Assembly: GCA_000002445.1 (NCBI GenBank)
Contig: CH464491.1
Span: forward strand, 288,001-352,000
DNA from: Trypanosoma brucei
Lineage: Eukaryota
Direction of reading: 5' to 3'
DNA length: 64,000 bases
Shown: positions 30,401-41,220 of the stretch, one piece after another
How positions within the stretch are numbered: the stretch's first letter is position 1
Layout of the letters: every line of letters begins with the position of its first letter
Position numbers and translations under genes: made by a program
The notes under the pieces: generated by a model
Seen by the model: the letters and a program-made list of their open reading frames with translations, nothing else
What the model was told of the DNA's origin: nothing
Database searches by the model: none

Positions 30401-32859
30401 ATCGTGACTTCCTTGACCTTGAACCTGATGGCGTCCCTCGAGAAGAGTTGCCGCTTGATACAGATGAGAGGTTTCAGGTATTGGCACAAGAACATTTTCG
30501 ATTAAAAAGGCTGAATGGAAATCTGAAGTCCACTGAGGTAAGAGTTTTAGAGGAAAAAATGAATGAACGTCTGCACGAACTTGCCAAAGAATTCCTTCAA
30601 GAAAATCGTTCATTTCTTGATTCAGAACCAGAAGGCGTTCCGATAGCCGATGTTCCCTTTAGATGTGACCCTACTTTCGTCGAAATTGAACGAGAGTTAC
30701 TAAAGTTGAGCAGGAATCCGGTGGTGCCCGATAGCGCGAAGCAAATCGTTCGTGATCTTCTAAACAAGAGGTTGCATGAGATCGCTGCGGCTTTTTTGAA
30801 GAAAGAACGAATATTCCTCGACCCTGAACCCTTTGGTCTTCCATTGGCGTGTTTACCACTTAATTATGACCACATCTTGAATTTACTTGAACGAAAGCGG
30901 CGTGCTCTCAAAAAGAACGGGAGGGGAGAGATCAAAACAATTCGCTCCCTGGAGGAAGAGATCCAAGATCGTGTTAACGTTATTGCAGTGGAGTACTTGG
31001 AGATGGAACGGAGTTTTCTTGACCCCCGACCCCGGGGAGTGCCTTTGACCTTACTTCCTCTCAATGGTGATTGGCGTTTTCGTAGCATGGAGGTTGAGCT
31101 ACGGGCACTACGGAAGAACCAAACGAAAAACCGAAAGGATATTGAAAAAATAGAGGGAGACCTTAATCTTAGGGCGACGGAACTGGCAGGAGCCTTTCTA
31201 CAAAAACATCGTGTTTTTATCGATCCTGAGCCCCTTGGTGTGCCCATTGAAGAATTACCTCTTGACTCCGATTCCATCTTTCACAATATGGAGAGTATGT
31301 ATCTTCAAATGGGACGAGATATCCCGAGAGCAGCAGAACTTCGAAGAATGGAAGAGGAAATGAATGACCGAGTACGTGAACTCGCTACCGAGCATCTTCA
31401 GGGAGAACGCGCTTTTTTGAACCAAAAACCTCAAGGTATACCACTGTGTGACCTATCGCTTAACAACGATAGGCCGTTTCGTGACATGGAAAAGCGACTC
31501 CGTGCCCTTCGCAAGCACCCTCGTAGCAACACCGAAGGTATCAAAACTATTCAAGACGAAATGAACCAACGAGTAAATGCATTGGCTCGTCGCAAAATAT
31601 CTGATGATCGAAGCTATCTTCCGCTTGAGCTTCATGGCGTTCCCGTATATGACATTCCACTTGATGATGATAGGGAGTTCAGGGACCTTGAGATCAAACG
31701 GCACAGAGACAAAAACCTATCACCCGAGGACGCTGTGTTAGTTCAACGGGTTGAAGAAGAACTGGTCAGCCGCGCTCTGGATATCGCAAAAGATTTTGTG
31801 TCGAGAGAGCGCTCTTTTCTAGACTCTAACCCACAAGGAGTTCCAATAATCCGTCTTCCGTTGAGTACCGATGAGCAGTTCCGAGAATTAGAGACGAGGC
31901 GCCGCCACCTCAAAAAAGATCCGAGGAATGCGGGCATAGTCGCACTGCTAGAGCAGCAGCTCAGAGCGCGAGCACACGAGCTAGCAGAGGGACTATTAGG
32001 TTGGCAGGATGTTCAATTTCATGAAGCTAACCATTCCGTAGCGGAGATGTGGCCGCGAATCGGTGAGTTGTACCCTGAAGGAATCCGAAACTCTGTGTTT
32101 CCGGAAATAACACAGCCGGGCGATACTTCATCTGCGCCTGGTGAACTTGGCTATTTAGCACCTTTCATTGCCGCTCTCAGTCAACACCCGCCTCTAATTC
32201 ATCGGCTTCTGGAAACGAAAACACATCCCGTTAATGGTCCATATTCTTTCATCTTTTTTGATCCGAACAGCAACCCTGTTCGTGTTGACATTGATGACCG
32301 TGTGCCAGTGGATGCGAAGTGTGAGCCCAAGTTTACACGCGTGCCACACCGGTCTTGGTACCCGCTGCTGCTGGAGAAGGCATATGCGAAGTTTGTTGGT
32401 GGGTACGCAAAGCTCGACCAGTGCACACCACACGAAACCCTCCGTGATCTAACGGGCCGTCCAGTGCTACATATCCCTTTTGATGATCGACTCGCAGATG
32501 CAGCGAATACGGGTGACTTCCGATCTGTGAAATTCTGGAAGGGGATTAAAAGGAACCTCGCGGCTGGAGATGTGATCACATGCATAAGCAACCACGAAAG
32601 TGTGGACGGCCTTCACTCTCAATGCAGTTACGCTCTCCTTAGTGTAATCGAAACTGTGCATGAATCGAATGATGTCTCTGACATCGTGATCAAATTACAC
32701 AACTGCTACTACGATAGCCCGACATACGACGGCCCACTGTGTAACGATGATGATAACTGGACCGATGGTTTGAAGAGACTTTGCCATTATAATCCTGAGG
32801 AGGATGCACTTTACATACCTGTTCCTGTGTTTCTGCGTAACTTCTCGAGCATGCAGCGC
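15463..32859 (+). CDS. Giant calpain-like protein with four parts: two tandem N-terminal calpain-like modules (15463-17215 and 17340-19060), about 60 degenerate 68-70-aa GM6/FRA-type repeats (19080-31990), and a C-terminal calpain-like module (31990-32859). The 3' end is truncated by an N-gap.
   Basis: 5834-codon ORF beginning at the first ATG after a poly-T/AG signal (15416-15435). Module 1 has ...GSHYECFMLSALATL...WWPLLFEKAYAKFY... and module 2 has ...GEHFECCCLTAFAAL...WWPLLLEKAYAKFY...; each is followed by a domain-III-like GGNPT..TWR.NP.Y motif. The repeat core is FLDPEPEGVPL..LPLD.D..F..LE.ER..LK....N...I..LE..MN.RA.ELA. The ORF's apparent stop at 32965-32967 is a gap-edge artefact. Confidence 0.8.
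19080..31990 (+). repeat. Degenerate coding tandem repeats of about 204-210 bp (68-70 aa). They are the same family as the 1-10172 array but strongly diverged.
   Basis: The motif FLDPEPEG[VI]PL recurs roughly every 68-70 residues across about 4300 aa of the translated ORF. Confidence 0.8.
26634..27278 (+). repeat. 645-bp segment duplicated at 32960-33604 (immediately after the N-gap)
   Basis: gaggcggaacagctacggaacttaaaaagagacccgcttcgt ... gaggctaaaattgttg is identical in both places, apart from one 1-nt indel at the gap edge, one n, and one gag/gaa difference. Confidence 0.9.
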
Positions 32860-32959
32860 NNNNNNNNNNNNNNNNNNNNNNNNNNNNNNNNNNNNNNNNN
32901 NNNNNNNNNNNNNNNNNNNNNNNNNNNNNNNNNNNNNNNNNNNNNNNNNNNNNNNNNNN
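32860..32959. other. Assembly gap (100 N)
   Basis: Run of n. The flanking sequence has an ambiguous base (n at 33011) and a 1-nt indel relative to its duplicate. Confidence 0.95.
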
Positions 32960-35900
32960 ATTCATAAAGAGGCGGAACAGCTACGGAACTTAAAAAGAGA
33001 CCCGCTTCGTNATAAGAGGGAGATAGATGACCTTGTGGAGCAAATGAATAATACTGTTGGTGAACTTGCCCTGAACTTACTACGTAGCGATCGTGACTAC
33101 TTGCATTTGGCTCCTGAGGGAGTACCGATTGAAGAGCTTCCACTGGAGGTCGATGCAAAGTTTTGTGCTTTGGAGGCGGAGCGTGCAATGTTAAAAGGCG
33201 AGAACAACCCGAAGAATGCGAGTATGATATTATCTTTGGAAGAGAAATTAAATGAGCGTGCTCGCCAGCTGGCTCAAGAGCAACTACTGGAAGACCTGAA
33301 GGAATTGAGTTCTTTTCAGCATTGTGTTCCTCTCTCACTTTTATCGCCTCATACTGACGTTCAGTTTGCTGCTGATGTTGCTGAATTTCGACGACTGAAA
33401 AAAGAAGGGGAGCAAAACACCCCTGCCATTCAGGGCGTTGTCGGGAGACTTAACGCACGTGCGAATGAGCTCGCGGAAGAGTATTTGCGTACCGATCGCG
33501 CATCGTATCTTAACCCTGAACAACTTGGTGTGCCACTTGACTTGCTATCTTTGGACACAGACTCTGAGTTCGTGTCACTGGAAGCTGAAAGGCTAAAATT
33601 GTTGTTGGACAGAGATGGTTATGTGTCTTATATTAATGTGTTGGAAACTCGTTTGAATGATAGGGTGCGGGAGCTGTGTCGTCTGAGTCTACTTGATTTT
33701 CCCGAATTTTTGTTGGATGTGTCGAACTTTGGGGTTCCTTTGGAGGAACTGTGCCTCTTCGAGGATGATGGTTATCGGCGTCACATTTGTTCGTGGTACA
33801 AGCTTCGTAGGACCCCGGAGGTTGATAACGAACGCATTTCTTGTGAAGCTTGTATTGTTGAAATAGTTCGGGAAAAAGCAAAATTGTATACTGAGGAGAT
33901 ACTTCGATCTCTTCCTCTCGTATATCGTGGTATACCGCTACGTGATGCCGATTTGTTTCGGAACGATGGTTTTATTAATAGTGTTAAACGTTTTCGGCGC
34001 GCCGTTCGTGAAAAGCGGGATGAGAGTGAGATTGTGGAGGCCGAAGATAATATGAAAAATATAGCATTTGATATAATTGATGGTTTGATTTTAAAGGAAC
34101 GTGGCAGTCTTGACCAAGAGCCGGAAGGAATATCTATCAATAACGTTCCACTTGATTACGACAACGCCTATCTTGAGATGGAAGCAGAACTCCATAGTCT
34201 TTTAAAGCAACAATCCATGTGTGAAGCGGCTTCCATATTGCAACTCCGAAAAGCAATGAACGACAGGGTACACCATCTTGCCCTTATTGAGCTGGCGAAG
34301 ATGAGGACTTTCTTGGACCCTGAGATATTCGGCATACCCATTAAAGATCTTCGTCTTGAAGGTGACATGGACTTCCGGAACGCGGAAATTAGTCGATATA
34401 AAAAATTAAAAAATGAGGCAAATGCTGATGTGAAAGACCTTGAAGTTTTAATGACAGCACGTGCACTTGAGGTAGCGAAGGCTTTTGTTGCGCGAGAGAG
34501 AGCTTTTTTAGAGCCAGAACCACATGGGTTGTTGTTAGAGGAATTGCTTCTAGATACGCATAAGGTGTTTACGGATTTGGAGAGGGAGCGCCGAGTGCTC
34601 CTCAAGGAGCCAGGGTTGTGTGAAAACACTGTGAAAATCAAATCACTGCAGGACAAAATGAGAGCTGTGGTCAACGAGTTGGCGGTAGCGTACGTTGCAG
34701 AGTCCCGTAAGTTCCTAGATCCTGCGCCAGAGGGTGTTCCGCTTGAGGAATTGTCTTTAGACTCGAACGAGCTATTTATTGAATTGGAGAAAAGGCGGTT
34801 TGGGCTCCTGCGGGAGGGGAAGGGAGATGAGGGTAATCTTAAAGATGTCGAGAAAAGTATGCAGGACTGCATTCGTGAGTTGGCTAAGGGGCTTTTGAAG
34901 GAAAATCGTGCCTATCTCAACCAAAAGCCATTAGGTATACCACTTGATTATCTACCCCTCAACAACGACAAGAAGCTCCGTGAATTAGAGAGGAAACGAC
35001 GGGAACTTCTGAATACCTACGATAATGATTCTCCCCAAGTGAAGTCTATAGAGGGGGTGATTATTAAGCGAATTGACAAAATTGCTGCTCGTTACCTTGA
35101 AGGAGAGCGCTCCTTTCTGGATCCTTGTCCACAAACTGTTCCCCTGCGTTACTTGCCTCTTAACGCAGACACCAATTTTTGTTCCCTGGAACAGAGGCGG
35201 AGGGAGCTGCGCAGGGGAGGAGACACTGCCGAAGATGATGCAATGATAAAGGAACTGGAAATTCGTATAAATGATCGCGCTCATGAACTGGCTAAAGAGG
35301 TACTACACAATGGTCGGCTTTTTCTTCATCCTGAAATTCTCGGTGTCGCAGTTTCTGATATTCCTTTGAGTGATCACGAACCGTTTGTTCAACTTGAAGA
35401 AGCTCTGAGAAGAATCAAGGTCGACAACCCAATAAACAGCTTTATGGAGGTTGACCTAAGGGAGAAATTAAAGCAGTGTGCGAGACAGGTAACTGAAAAG
35501 ATGCTCGATGAAGAACGGAGTTTCTTGGATCAAAATCCTTTGGGTATTCCACTGAACAGTTTGATGCTGAATTATGACCCGAAAATGCAAGAACTCGAGC
35601 GAGTGAGAAGGAAGAAACTGCGGGATAAAGTGGACGCTAACGAGGAGGAGAGGGAGATGGTGAGGCGCGTCAACGAGATGGCGGAGGAGGAATTACGCCG
35701 TCAACGTATGTACCTTCCGGCCACACCATTGGGAATCCCATTCCAGTACTTGGGTCTTGACAGCGATGGGAAATTTGGCCAAATGGAAAATTTTCTACGC
35801 ACATTGAAAAGGGATCCTCTGTCGAAAGAAAAAGCGATTCGTGATCAGGAGAACGCAAATAGGCAGTACGTATTTAGAACGGCAGCGGAATACAAACGAA

Positions 35901-37993
35901 GGGAGCGCGCGTATCTTAACCCCGAGCCTAATGGAGTTTCCCTTAAGCGGCTATCCCTAGATACTGATCCCAAGTTTCAGAAGTTAGAACAAATGAGAAG
36001 AATGCTGATGCATAGCTCTGATTCAAATGATGCCCAAATTGGTCATTTGGAACATTTGGCTAACGAATATGTGCTTCAACTCGCTTTGCAACAGCTCGGG
36101 TGGCAAGACGCAGAATTCCATGACAGAAATAGGCACCTCGCAGACGATTGGGTGCGCATTAGCGAACTATACCCTGAAGGTAAATACGTACCCTTTGAAC
36201 CCACAAAAGCTAACGGTTGCTCGGTTGTCTCCGCGCCCAACGACGCAAGTTACCTGGCACCTTTTATCGCCGCTTTGAGCCGCTGTCCAGATATGCTAAG
36301 GCAATTATGTGATACAACATCACATCCCGTTAATGGTCCATATTCTTTCATCTTTTTTGATCCGAACAGCAACCCTGTTCGTGTTGACATTGATGACCGT
36401 GTGCCAGTGGATGCGAAGTGTGAGCCCAAGTTTACACGCGTGCCACACCGGTCTTGGTACCCGCTGCTGCTGGAGAAGGCATATGCGAAGTTTGTTGGTG
36501 GGTACGCAAAGCTCGACCAGTGCACACCACACGAAACCCTCCGTGATCTAACGGGCCGTCCAGTGCTACATATCCCTTTTGATGATCGACTCGCAGATGC
36601 AGCGAATACGGGTGACTTCCGATCTGTGAAATTCTGGAAGGGGATTAAAAGGAACCTCGCGGCTGGAGATGTGATCACATGCATAAGCAACCACGAAAGT
36701 GTGGACGGCCTTCACTCTCAATGCAGTTACGCTCTCCTTAGTGTAATCGAAACTGTGCATGAATCGAATGATGTCTCTGACATCGTGATCAAATTACACA
36801 ACTGCTACTACGATAGCCCGACATACGACGGCCCACTGTGTAACGATGATGATAACTGGACCGATGGTTTGAAGAGACTTTGCCATTATAATCCTGAGGA
36901 GGATGCACTTTACATACCTGTTCCTGTGTTTCTGCGTAACTTCTCGAGCATGCAGCGCTGTCACATAAACTGTGGCGACCGTCTGACTGCGCCTGGTGAG
37001 TGGACTGGGGTAAGCTGTGGAGGAAACCCGAAGTTCACAACTTTCCGGAACAACCCCATCTATCTTGTGGAAAACAAAACCTCCCGTCCCGTTACCATTC
37101 TTGCTGAGCTGCGGCATCATGCGCCAGCATACCGTGACCCTGACGATGTAAATCACTATCACCAGTCTGGGCTTGCACTGCTAAAGGCGATAAACACGCG
37201 TATGCCTGTGAGTCCGATCTTGACAAGTGTGACACACCGCTTTTTGCATAGGGGCATGATGTTGGATGCACGGGAGGTGTGTGCTCAAATGGAGTTGCCT
37301 CCGAGTACCACGTGCTATCTCGTCCCATATACGTTGGGTCGTGAGAACTATGGAAAGTTTCACATATCTGTGTACCCCGGTCTTGCAAAGGTGAATCTTG
37401 CCCCTCTTCGAACTGCGGCTCTCTTTGCCTCTCCTGTTGTTATTTCTATGTCGTTGAAAACGGAACTGCGGAACGGTGTGAAGGTTGAGTTTGTTGTGAG
37501 CAGAGCATGTGATGCTCATGTTTTGCTTTGTCAGAGACGACCAAAGGTTATTGATGTATGTAAAAGTGATTTACTCGGTGATTTCAGTGTTAACATGGCA
37601 GTTTATGATGAAAATGGAATCCTGTTGATGAACACAGGGGAGCCTAGGAATGCGCGGGAGGTTGCGGTTTCCTTCCGAGTTCCCCAGCAAGGTTTGTATT
37701 CTGCTGTAATTATGGCTCTTGGCGTGGATCGCCGAGGAAATCATAGAGGATGTCCCTGCCACCTAACGATATTTACGTCGAAAAAAGCGAAAGTGAGACT
37801 CCTTGGTACGGTCCCTAATTTTCCCAGGCGTGCAACACCAAGAACCTCTATCCGAAGTCAGTCAGCGGAAATCATGACACCAGTTAGTTTAACACCAAGA
37901 GACGGTCCCAAAACTGCAGGTTCGTTTCATTTGCCGTATATTTCCGGTGGACAGTCAACGACAGACTCTCCTTTTGTAATGGGCATAAAATGA
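32960..37993 (+). CDS. Third calpain-like repeat protein (5' end missing in the gap). It has degenerate repeats (32960-36100) and a C-terminal calpain-like module with a distinct tail (36100-37993).
   Basis: ORF of the track (32804..37993); the real sequence starts at 32960 in the same frame. The first 645 bp are identical to 26634-27278 of gene 2. The C-terminal module 36318-37115 is near-identical to 11233-12030 of gene 1. The tail after TILAELRH diverges from gene 1. Confidence 0.65.
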   Translation: MHKEAEQLRNLKRDPLRXKREIDDLVEQMNNTVGELALNLLRSDRDYLHLAPEGVPIEELPLEVDAKFCALEAERAMLKGENNPKNASMILSLEEKLNERARQLAQEQLLEDLKELSSFQHCVPLSLLSPHTDVQFAADVAEFRRLKKEGEQNTPAIQGVVGRLNARANELAEEYLRTDRASYLNPEQLGVPLDLLSLDTDSEFVSLEAERLKLLLDRDGYVSYINVLETRLNDRVRELCRLSLLDFPEFLLDVSNFGVPLEELCLFEDDGYRRHICSWYKLRRTPEVDNERISCEACIVEIVREKAKLYTEEILRSLPLVYRGIPLRDADLFRNDGFINSVKRFRRAVREKRDESEIVEAEDNMKNIAFDIIDGLILKERGSLDQEPEGISINNVPLDYDNAYLEMEAELHSLLKQQSMCEAASILQLRKAMNDRVHHLALIELAKMRTFLDPEIFGIPIKDLRLEGDMDFRNAEISRYKKLKNEANADVKDLEVLMTARALEVAKAFVARERAFLEPEPHGLLLEELLLDTHKVFTDLERERRVLLKEPGLCENTVKIKSLQDKMRAVVNELAVAYVAESRKFLDPAPEGVPLEELSLDSNELFIELEKRRFGLLREGKGDEGNLKDVEKSMQDCIRELAKGLLKENRAYLNQKPLGIPLDYLPLNNDKKLRELERKRRELLNTYDNDSPQVKSIEGVIIKRIDKIAARYLEGERSFLDPCPQTVPLRYLPLNADTNFCSLEQRRRELRRGGDTAEDDAMIKELEIRINDRAHELAKEVLHNGRLFLHPEILGVAVSDIPLSDHEPFVQLEEALRRIKVDNPINSFMEVDLREKLKQCARQVTEKMLDEERSFLDQNPLGIPLNSLMLNYDPKMQELERVRRKKLRDKVDANEEEREMVRRVNEMAEEELRRQRMYLPATPLGIPFQYLGLDSDGKFGQMENFLRTLKRDPLSKEKAIRDQENANRQYVFRTAAEYKRRERAYLNPEPNGVSLKRLSLDTDPKFQKLEQMRRMLMHSSDSNDAQIGHLEHLANEYVLQLALQQLGWQDAEFHDRNRHLADDWVRISELYPEGKYVPFEPTKANGCSVVSAPNDASYLAPFIAALSRCPDMLRQLCDTTSHPVNGPYSFIFFDPNSNPVRVDIDDRVPVDAKCEPKFTRVPHRSWYPLLLEKAYAKFVGGYAKLDQCTPHETLRDLTGRPVLHIPFDDRLADAANTGDFRSVKFWKGIKRNLAAGDVITCISNHESVDGLHSQCSYALLSVIETVHESNDVSDIVIKLHNCYYDSPTYDGPLCNDDDNWTDGLKRLCHYNPEEDALYIPVPVFLRNFSSMQRCHINCGDRLTAPGEWTGVSCGGNPKFTTFRNNPIYLVENKTSRPVTILAELRHHAPAYRDPDDVNHYHQSGLALLKAINTRMPVSPILTSVTHRFLHRGMMLDAREVCAQMELPPSTTCYLVPYTLGRENYGKFHISVYPGLAKVNLAPLRTAALFASPVVISMSLKTELRNGVKVEFVVSRACDAHVLLCQRRPKVIDVCKSDLLGDFSVNMAVYDENGILLMNTGEPRNAREVAVSFRVPQQGLYSAVIMALGVDRRGNHRGCPCHLTIFTSKKAKVRLLGTVPNFPRRATPRTSIRSQSAEIMTPVSLTPRDGPKTAGSFHLPYISGGQSTTDSPFVMGIK

Positions 37994-40167
37994 TTTTTTT
38001 TTCCAGCCTCCAGGCAAGTGAAACCATCGTTATCGTTTTTTTTGTTTTTGTGATCGTTTTTTTTTTGTTCTGTCGTCTCTTTCGTCATTTTGTGTGGGAT
38101 CCTCAAAGTATAAGTGCTTTTTTTCCTTTCTTTCGACGGCCTTGTCACGCGGTCGACATCGTATTATCGTAGCGCAAATGCGCGATTAATGTTTTCATTC
38201 TTTGTATTGATGCACCCAACGGCGACAAGTATAGTAATATTCTACCACTATTCTTCGCAAACGCACTTTCCCCCCTTTTTTATTTGTAGTGTGTTAAAAT
38301 GGTAGCAGTTTGCTGACTTGCGTGTGTATGAGGTATATACCTTCATTCTATTTGTTATACTCGCTTTTTTGCTATATTCGTTATATTCTCTGCCATTTTA
38401 CCTCCTTTACTCTTAGCAAGTGTCCACTTTTCCGTATACTTACTCATTTTTTTACACGTGTTCCTCTCTTTTTTTTTTCTTGAGTGTAATATCTTGCCCT
38501 TACATGTTTGTATTTATTTAACCTTTATCACCGCACGCTTCGTTGGCCAGATGATTGTAGTTTGCGCCCTATGATTTTTAGCTTTTTTGTGTGTGCTTTG
38601 CGTTCACACTTTTATGCGACGCATTTATTCCGTTGTATCGATCATTTTGTATCGTGTCACTGTAACATCAACAACGGACAATTAAAATGAATTTGTTCAC
38701 ATATTTATCACTCGTCCGGCGCTTTCAAGAATTTTTTTGAAAAGACAATTTTTACTGCTAGTTTGCATAATTTAATTCTTCCTAAAGGTGGTTCGGCAAC
38801 TGTAACGGGTCTGATGGGACATAAAATACTTTTTTTTAAAAAAAAGAAAAGGAAGGAAGAAAAAAAAAGACAAAAAGAAATGAGGAATGACGCTGCAATA
38901 ACTGACAGCCTCTCATTTATTTCGTCATTCCTTTTACATGCGCTTGTGTTTATTATTTTCGTATCTTTCTGAAGGGGGAAGAGAGAGAAGGATAATTCGG
39001 CATTGGGCATTTGAAGGAAATGACAGGAAGGGTGGTGAAGGGAATTGTTTCGTTTTCATTTTGAAGTAGAGACAATAATCGCAAATAAACGGAATTATTA
39101 TTATTATTATTTAGTGCTTTGTTTCAAAAATACGGACCTCTTTTTTTTTTGTATGTGTGCTTTCTTATTTTGATTTTCCTATTTTTTCTCCTCCTTTTTT
39201 TTAAAAAAAAAGAAACTTTATCTGCCCTGTTTTTTTTAATTCCACAGGAACAGATGCACGTTTTGTTGATGCAACGGCAATTGATGCGGATTTTAAGCAT
39301 ATCAGCACGCTGCCATAGTCCAAAGAGGGAGTAAAACATCATCTAATGTTTTTATTTTGAGTATTTATTTGGTATTCCCTTACACACTATTTTTTTTCGG
39401 GTCTATTTCCCTGTCGCCGACCGTTTTTTTTTCCCCCTCTTTCATTCTATTTTTTCCATTTTCATTGTTAGTGAACCAATGATATCAAGATTATTTATAC
39501 TTTTTGTTGTTATTGAACAAGTGCGAATTGTTTTACTCCAAATCCAATTCCTTCAAGGTGCTTTTTTTAAAAAAATATTATTACTCTTCATGTTAACATT
39601 AGAGTTAAATATTTTATTGTTCCCTCTTCTTTTCCCTTGCTGTTTTTTCTTCCTTCTCGTTGGGGAACCAAAACGTGCTGAACAAAAAAAAACAATCAAC
39701 AAAAGGGAAGGTGTAGGACAATAGGAAAGATTAGAAAGACCAGAGAAAGAAGCCGAATCAGTACGAAGGCCAAGCAGAGAGATTGCAGTAGTTAAATAAG
39801 AGAGGAATAAGCAAGAAGAAGGATAACGCGGTTTCATACGTTTATTTTTTGTGTGGTCCTGACAACACCGGGCTCTCTGTGTTTAAAACAAATTTACTGG
39901 TACTTGTGTGACCAAGTGTGTCGAGCCATTAAAACGCACAGGACATTAGACAGCTAAGAGAACAAGGAAGAGGTTTAAGTTGAATAAAGAGGGTTATTGT
40001 GAGCAGAAAATATCATCACTGTACCGCCGAGATAAATCTAAAAAGAAAAAAAAAAGAGAAATTAACAACCCTTTCCTCCAGAGAAAAAAAAAAAGAGGAA
40101 AAGAAGAGGGCGAAAGAAGAGTCAAAATAAACAATCAAGATATTGGTGGTAGAAAGTGTTTTGAATC

Positions 40168-41166
40168 ATGCAAGGGCAAAACCAAGCAGCAGTGGATGGC
40201 ACTATGGCCTACACCTTTCAGCACCCACCACAGGGGTTCTTACACGCACAATACAGGGATCCTCACAGCAGTGTAGGCCGTAAGCAATATGCCAATATTA
40301 TGCATGACCGTCGTGTGTATCGCGGGAATACGTACGCCGCCGTGCCCATGTCAACATATGCGCGAGACGAGGAAGAGCGAGTGGTTCGCGAGGCAAACAG
40401 ACGTCGCAAGGAACTTCAGCAGCGGGCCACTTCTATAAAGCGTCGTAAAGAACTTGACGCAGCCCAACGGAAACTTGCGACTCCGCCCCCCGTTGTTGGA
40501 CGGCAGCACATAGAAGTACAAACGGAGGAATTCCTCGAGGAACTGAAGGATGAGGTGGAAGTGGTTCAGCAGGAAACACAAACTGATCCCCTTCTCGACC
40601 GCCCTGCGACACCACCGTATGTTCCTGTAAAGTCTGGTCGTGATGCGGAGTCGCAAATTAATGAAGGAGATTTGTTTCACTTCGACGACGCCGTTGACCC
40701 GATTCTCGATGTTATGGTTGGAAAGACACTTGAACAAGCGATGTTGGAGGTATTGCAGGAGGAAGAACTGGAACTTCTGCGGCAGCAGCAACTGGAGTTT
40801 GAGCAACGACGCAAGGAGGAGTTACTGGAGGCACAGCGACTTGAAGCTCGTGAGAAACGCCTCTTTGAGGAGAAGGAGCGGCGGAAAAAGCAGGAAATCG
40901 AGCGCATCAAGCGCGAGAAGGCTACACGTGAGAAGCTCCAGGCCCGTCAGTTTGCCAAGATGTATTTAATGAACCTCGAAAACCGTGTCTTTGCAAGGCT
41001 TCAGGATGAGGGCTGGTTTCGTGATCGCGTATTACACGAGGTGGAGTTTGACTTCTTCCCGTGGCTCATGGATCAGGTCGCGGTGGAACTTGAAAAGAAG
41101 CAGCGGGCGCGTGTGTTGGTAGACGATCTCATTCGCCAAGTAGTTGCCATACAGTTGAATAGCTGA
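40168..41166 (+). CDS. RSP3: Radial spoke protein 3 homolog (axonemal)
   Basis: 332-aa ORF. ANIMHDRRVYRGNTYA near the N-terminus, and the segment TQTDPLLDRPATPPYVPVKSGRDAESQINEGDLFHFDDAVDPILDVMVGKTLEQAMLEV followed by an E/R/K-rich coiled coil, match my recollection of the conserved RSP3 core. My recollection that trypanosome RSP3 lies next to calpain-like genes also supports this. Confidence 0.65.
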   Translation: MQGQNQAAVDGTMAYTFQHPPQGFLHAQYRDPHSSVGRKQYANIMHDRRVYRGNTYAAVPMSTYARDEEERVVREANRRRKELQQRATSIKRRKELDAAQRKLATPPPVVGRQHIEVQTEEFLEELKDEVEVVQQETQTDPLLDRPATPPYVPVKSGRDAESQINEGDLFHFDDAVDPILDVMVGKTLEQAMLEVLQEEELELLRQQQLEFEQRRKEELLEAQRLEAREKRLFEEKERRKKQEIERIKREKATREKLQARQFAKMYLMNLENRVFARLQDEGWFRDRVLHEVEFDFFPWLMDQVAVELEKKQRARVLVDDLIRQVVAIQLNS

Positions 41167-41185
41167 GATATAAATAAATAAATAA

Positions 41186-41220
<35 letters not shown>
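41167..41220. repeat. (AAAT)n then (TA)n microsatellite that starts directly after the RSP3 stop codon
   Basis: gatataaataaataaataaataaatatatatatatatatatatatatatata read directly. Confidence 0.9.

Noticed and set aside
32804-32859. Start of track ORF 32804..37993 (MHFTYLFLCFCV...) overlapping the end of gene 2
   Set aside because: This is an out-of-frame read-through of gene 2's last bases into the N-gap. Real gene-3 sequence begins only at 32960.
37994-40167. Search for tRNA, rRNA or SL RNA genes in the intergenic intervals
   Set aside because: No cloverleaf-compatible segments, no GGTTCGANTCC-like T-arm boxes outside coding sequence, and no rRNA-like conserved stretches were recognised by eye.
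40351-40969. ORFs 40351..40806(-), 40640..40969(+) and 40677..40910(-) overlapping the RSP3 gene
   Set aside because: They are alternative-frame or antisense readings of the charged coiled-coil coding sequence. The RSP3 frame carries the conserved motifs.
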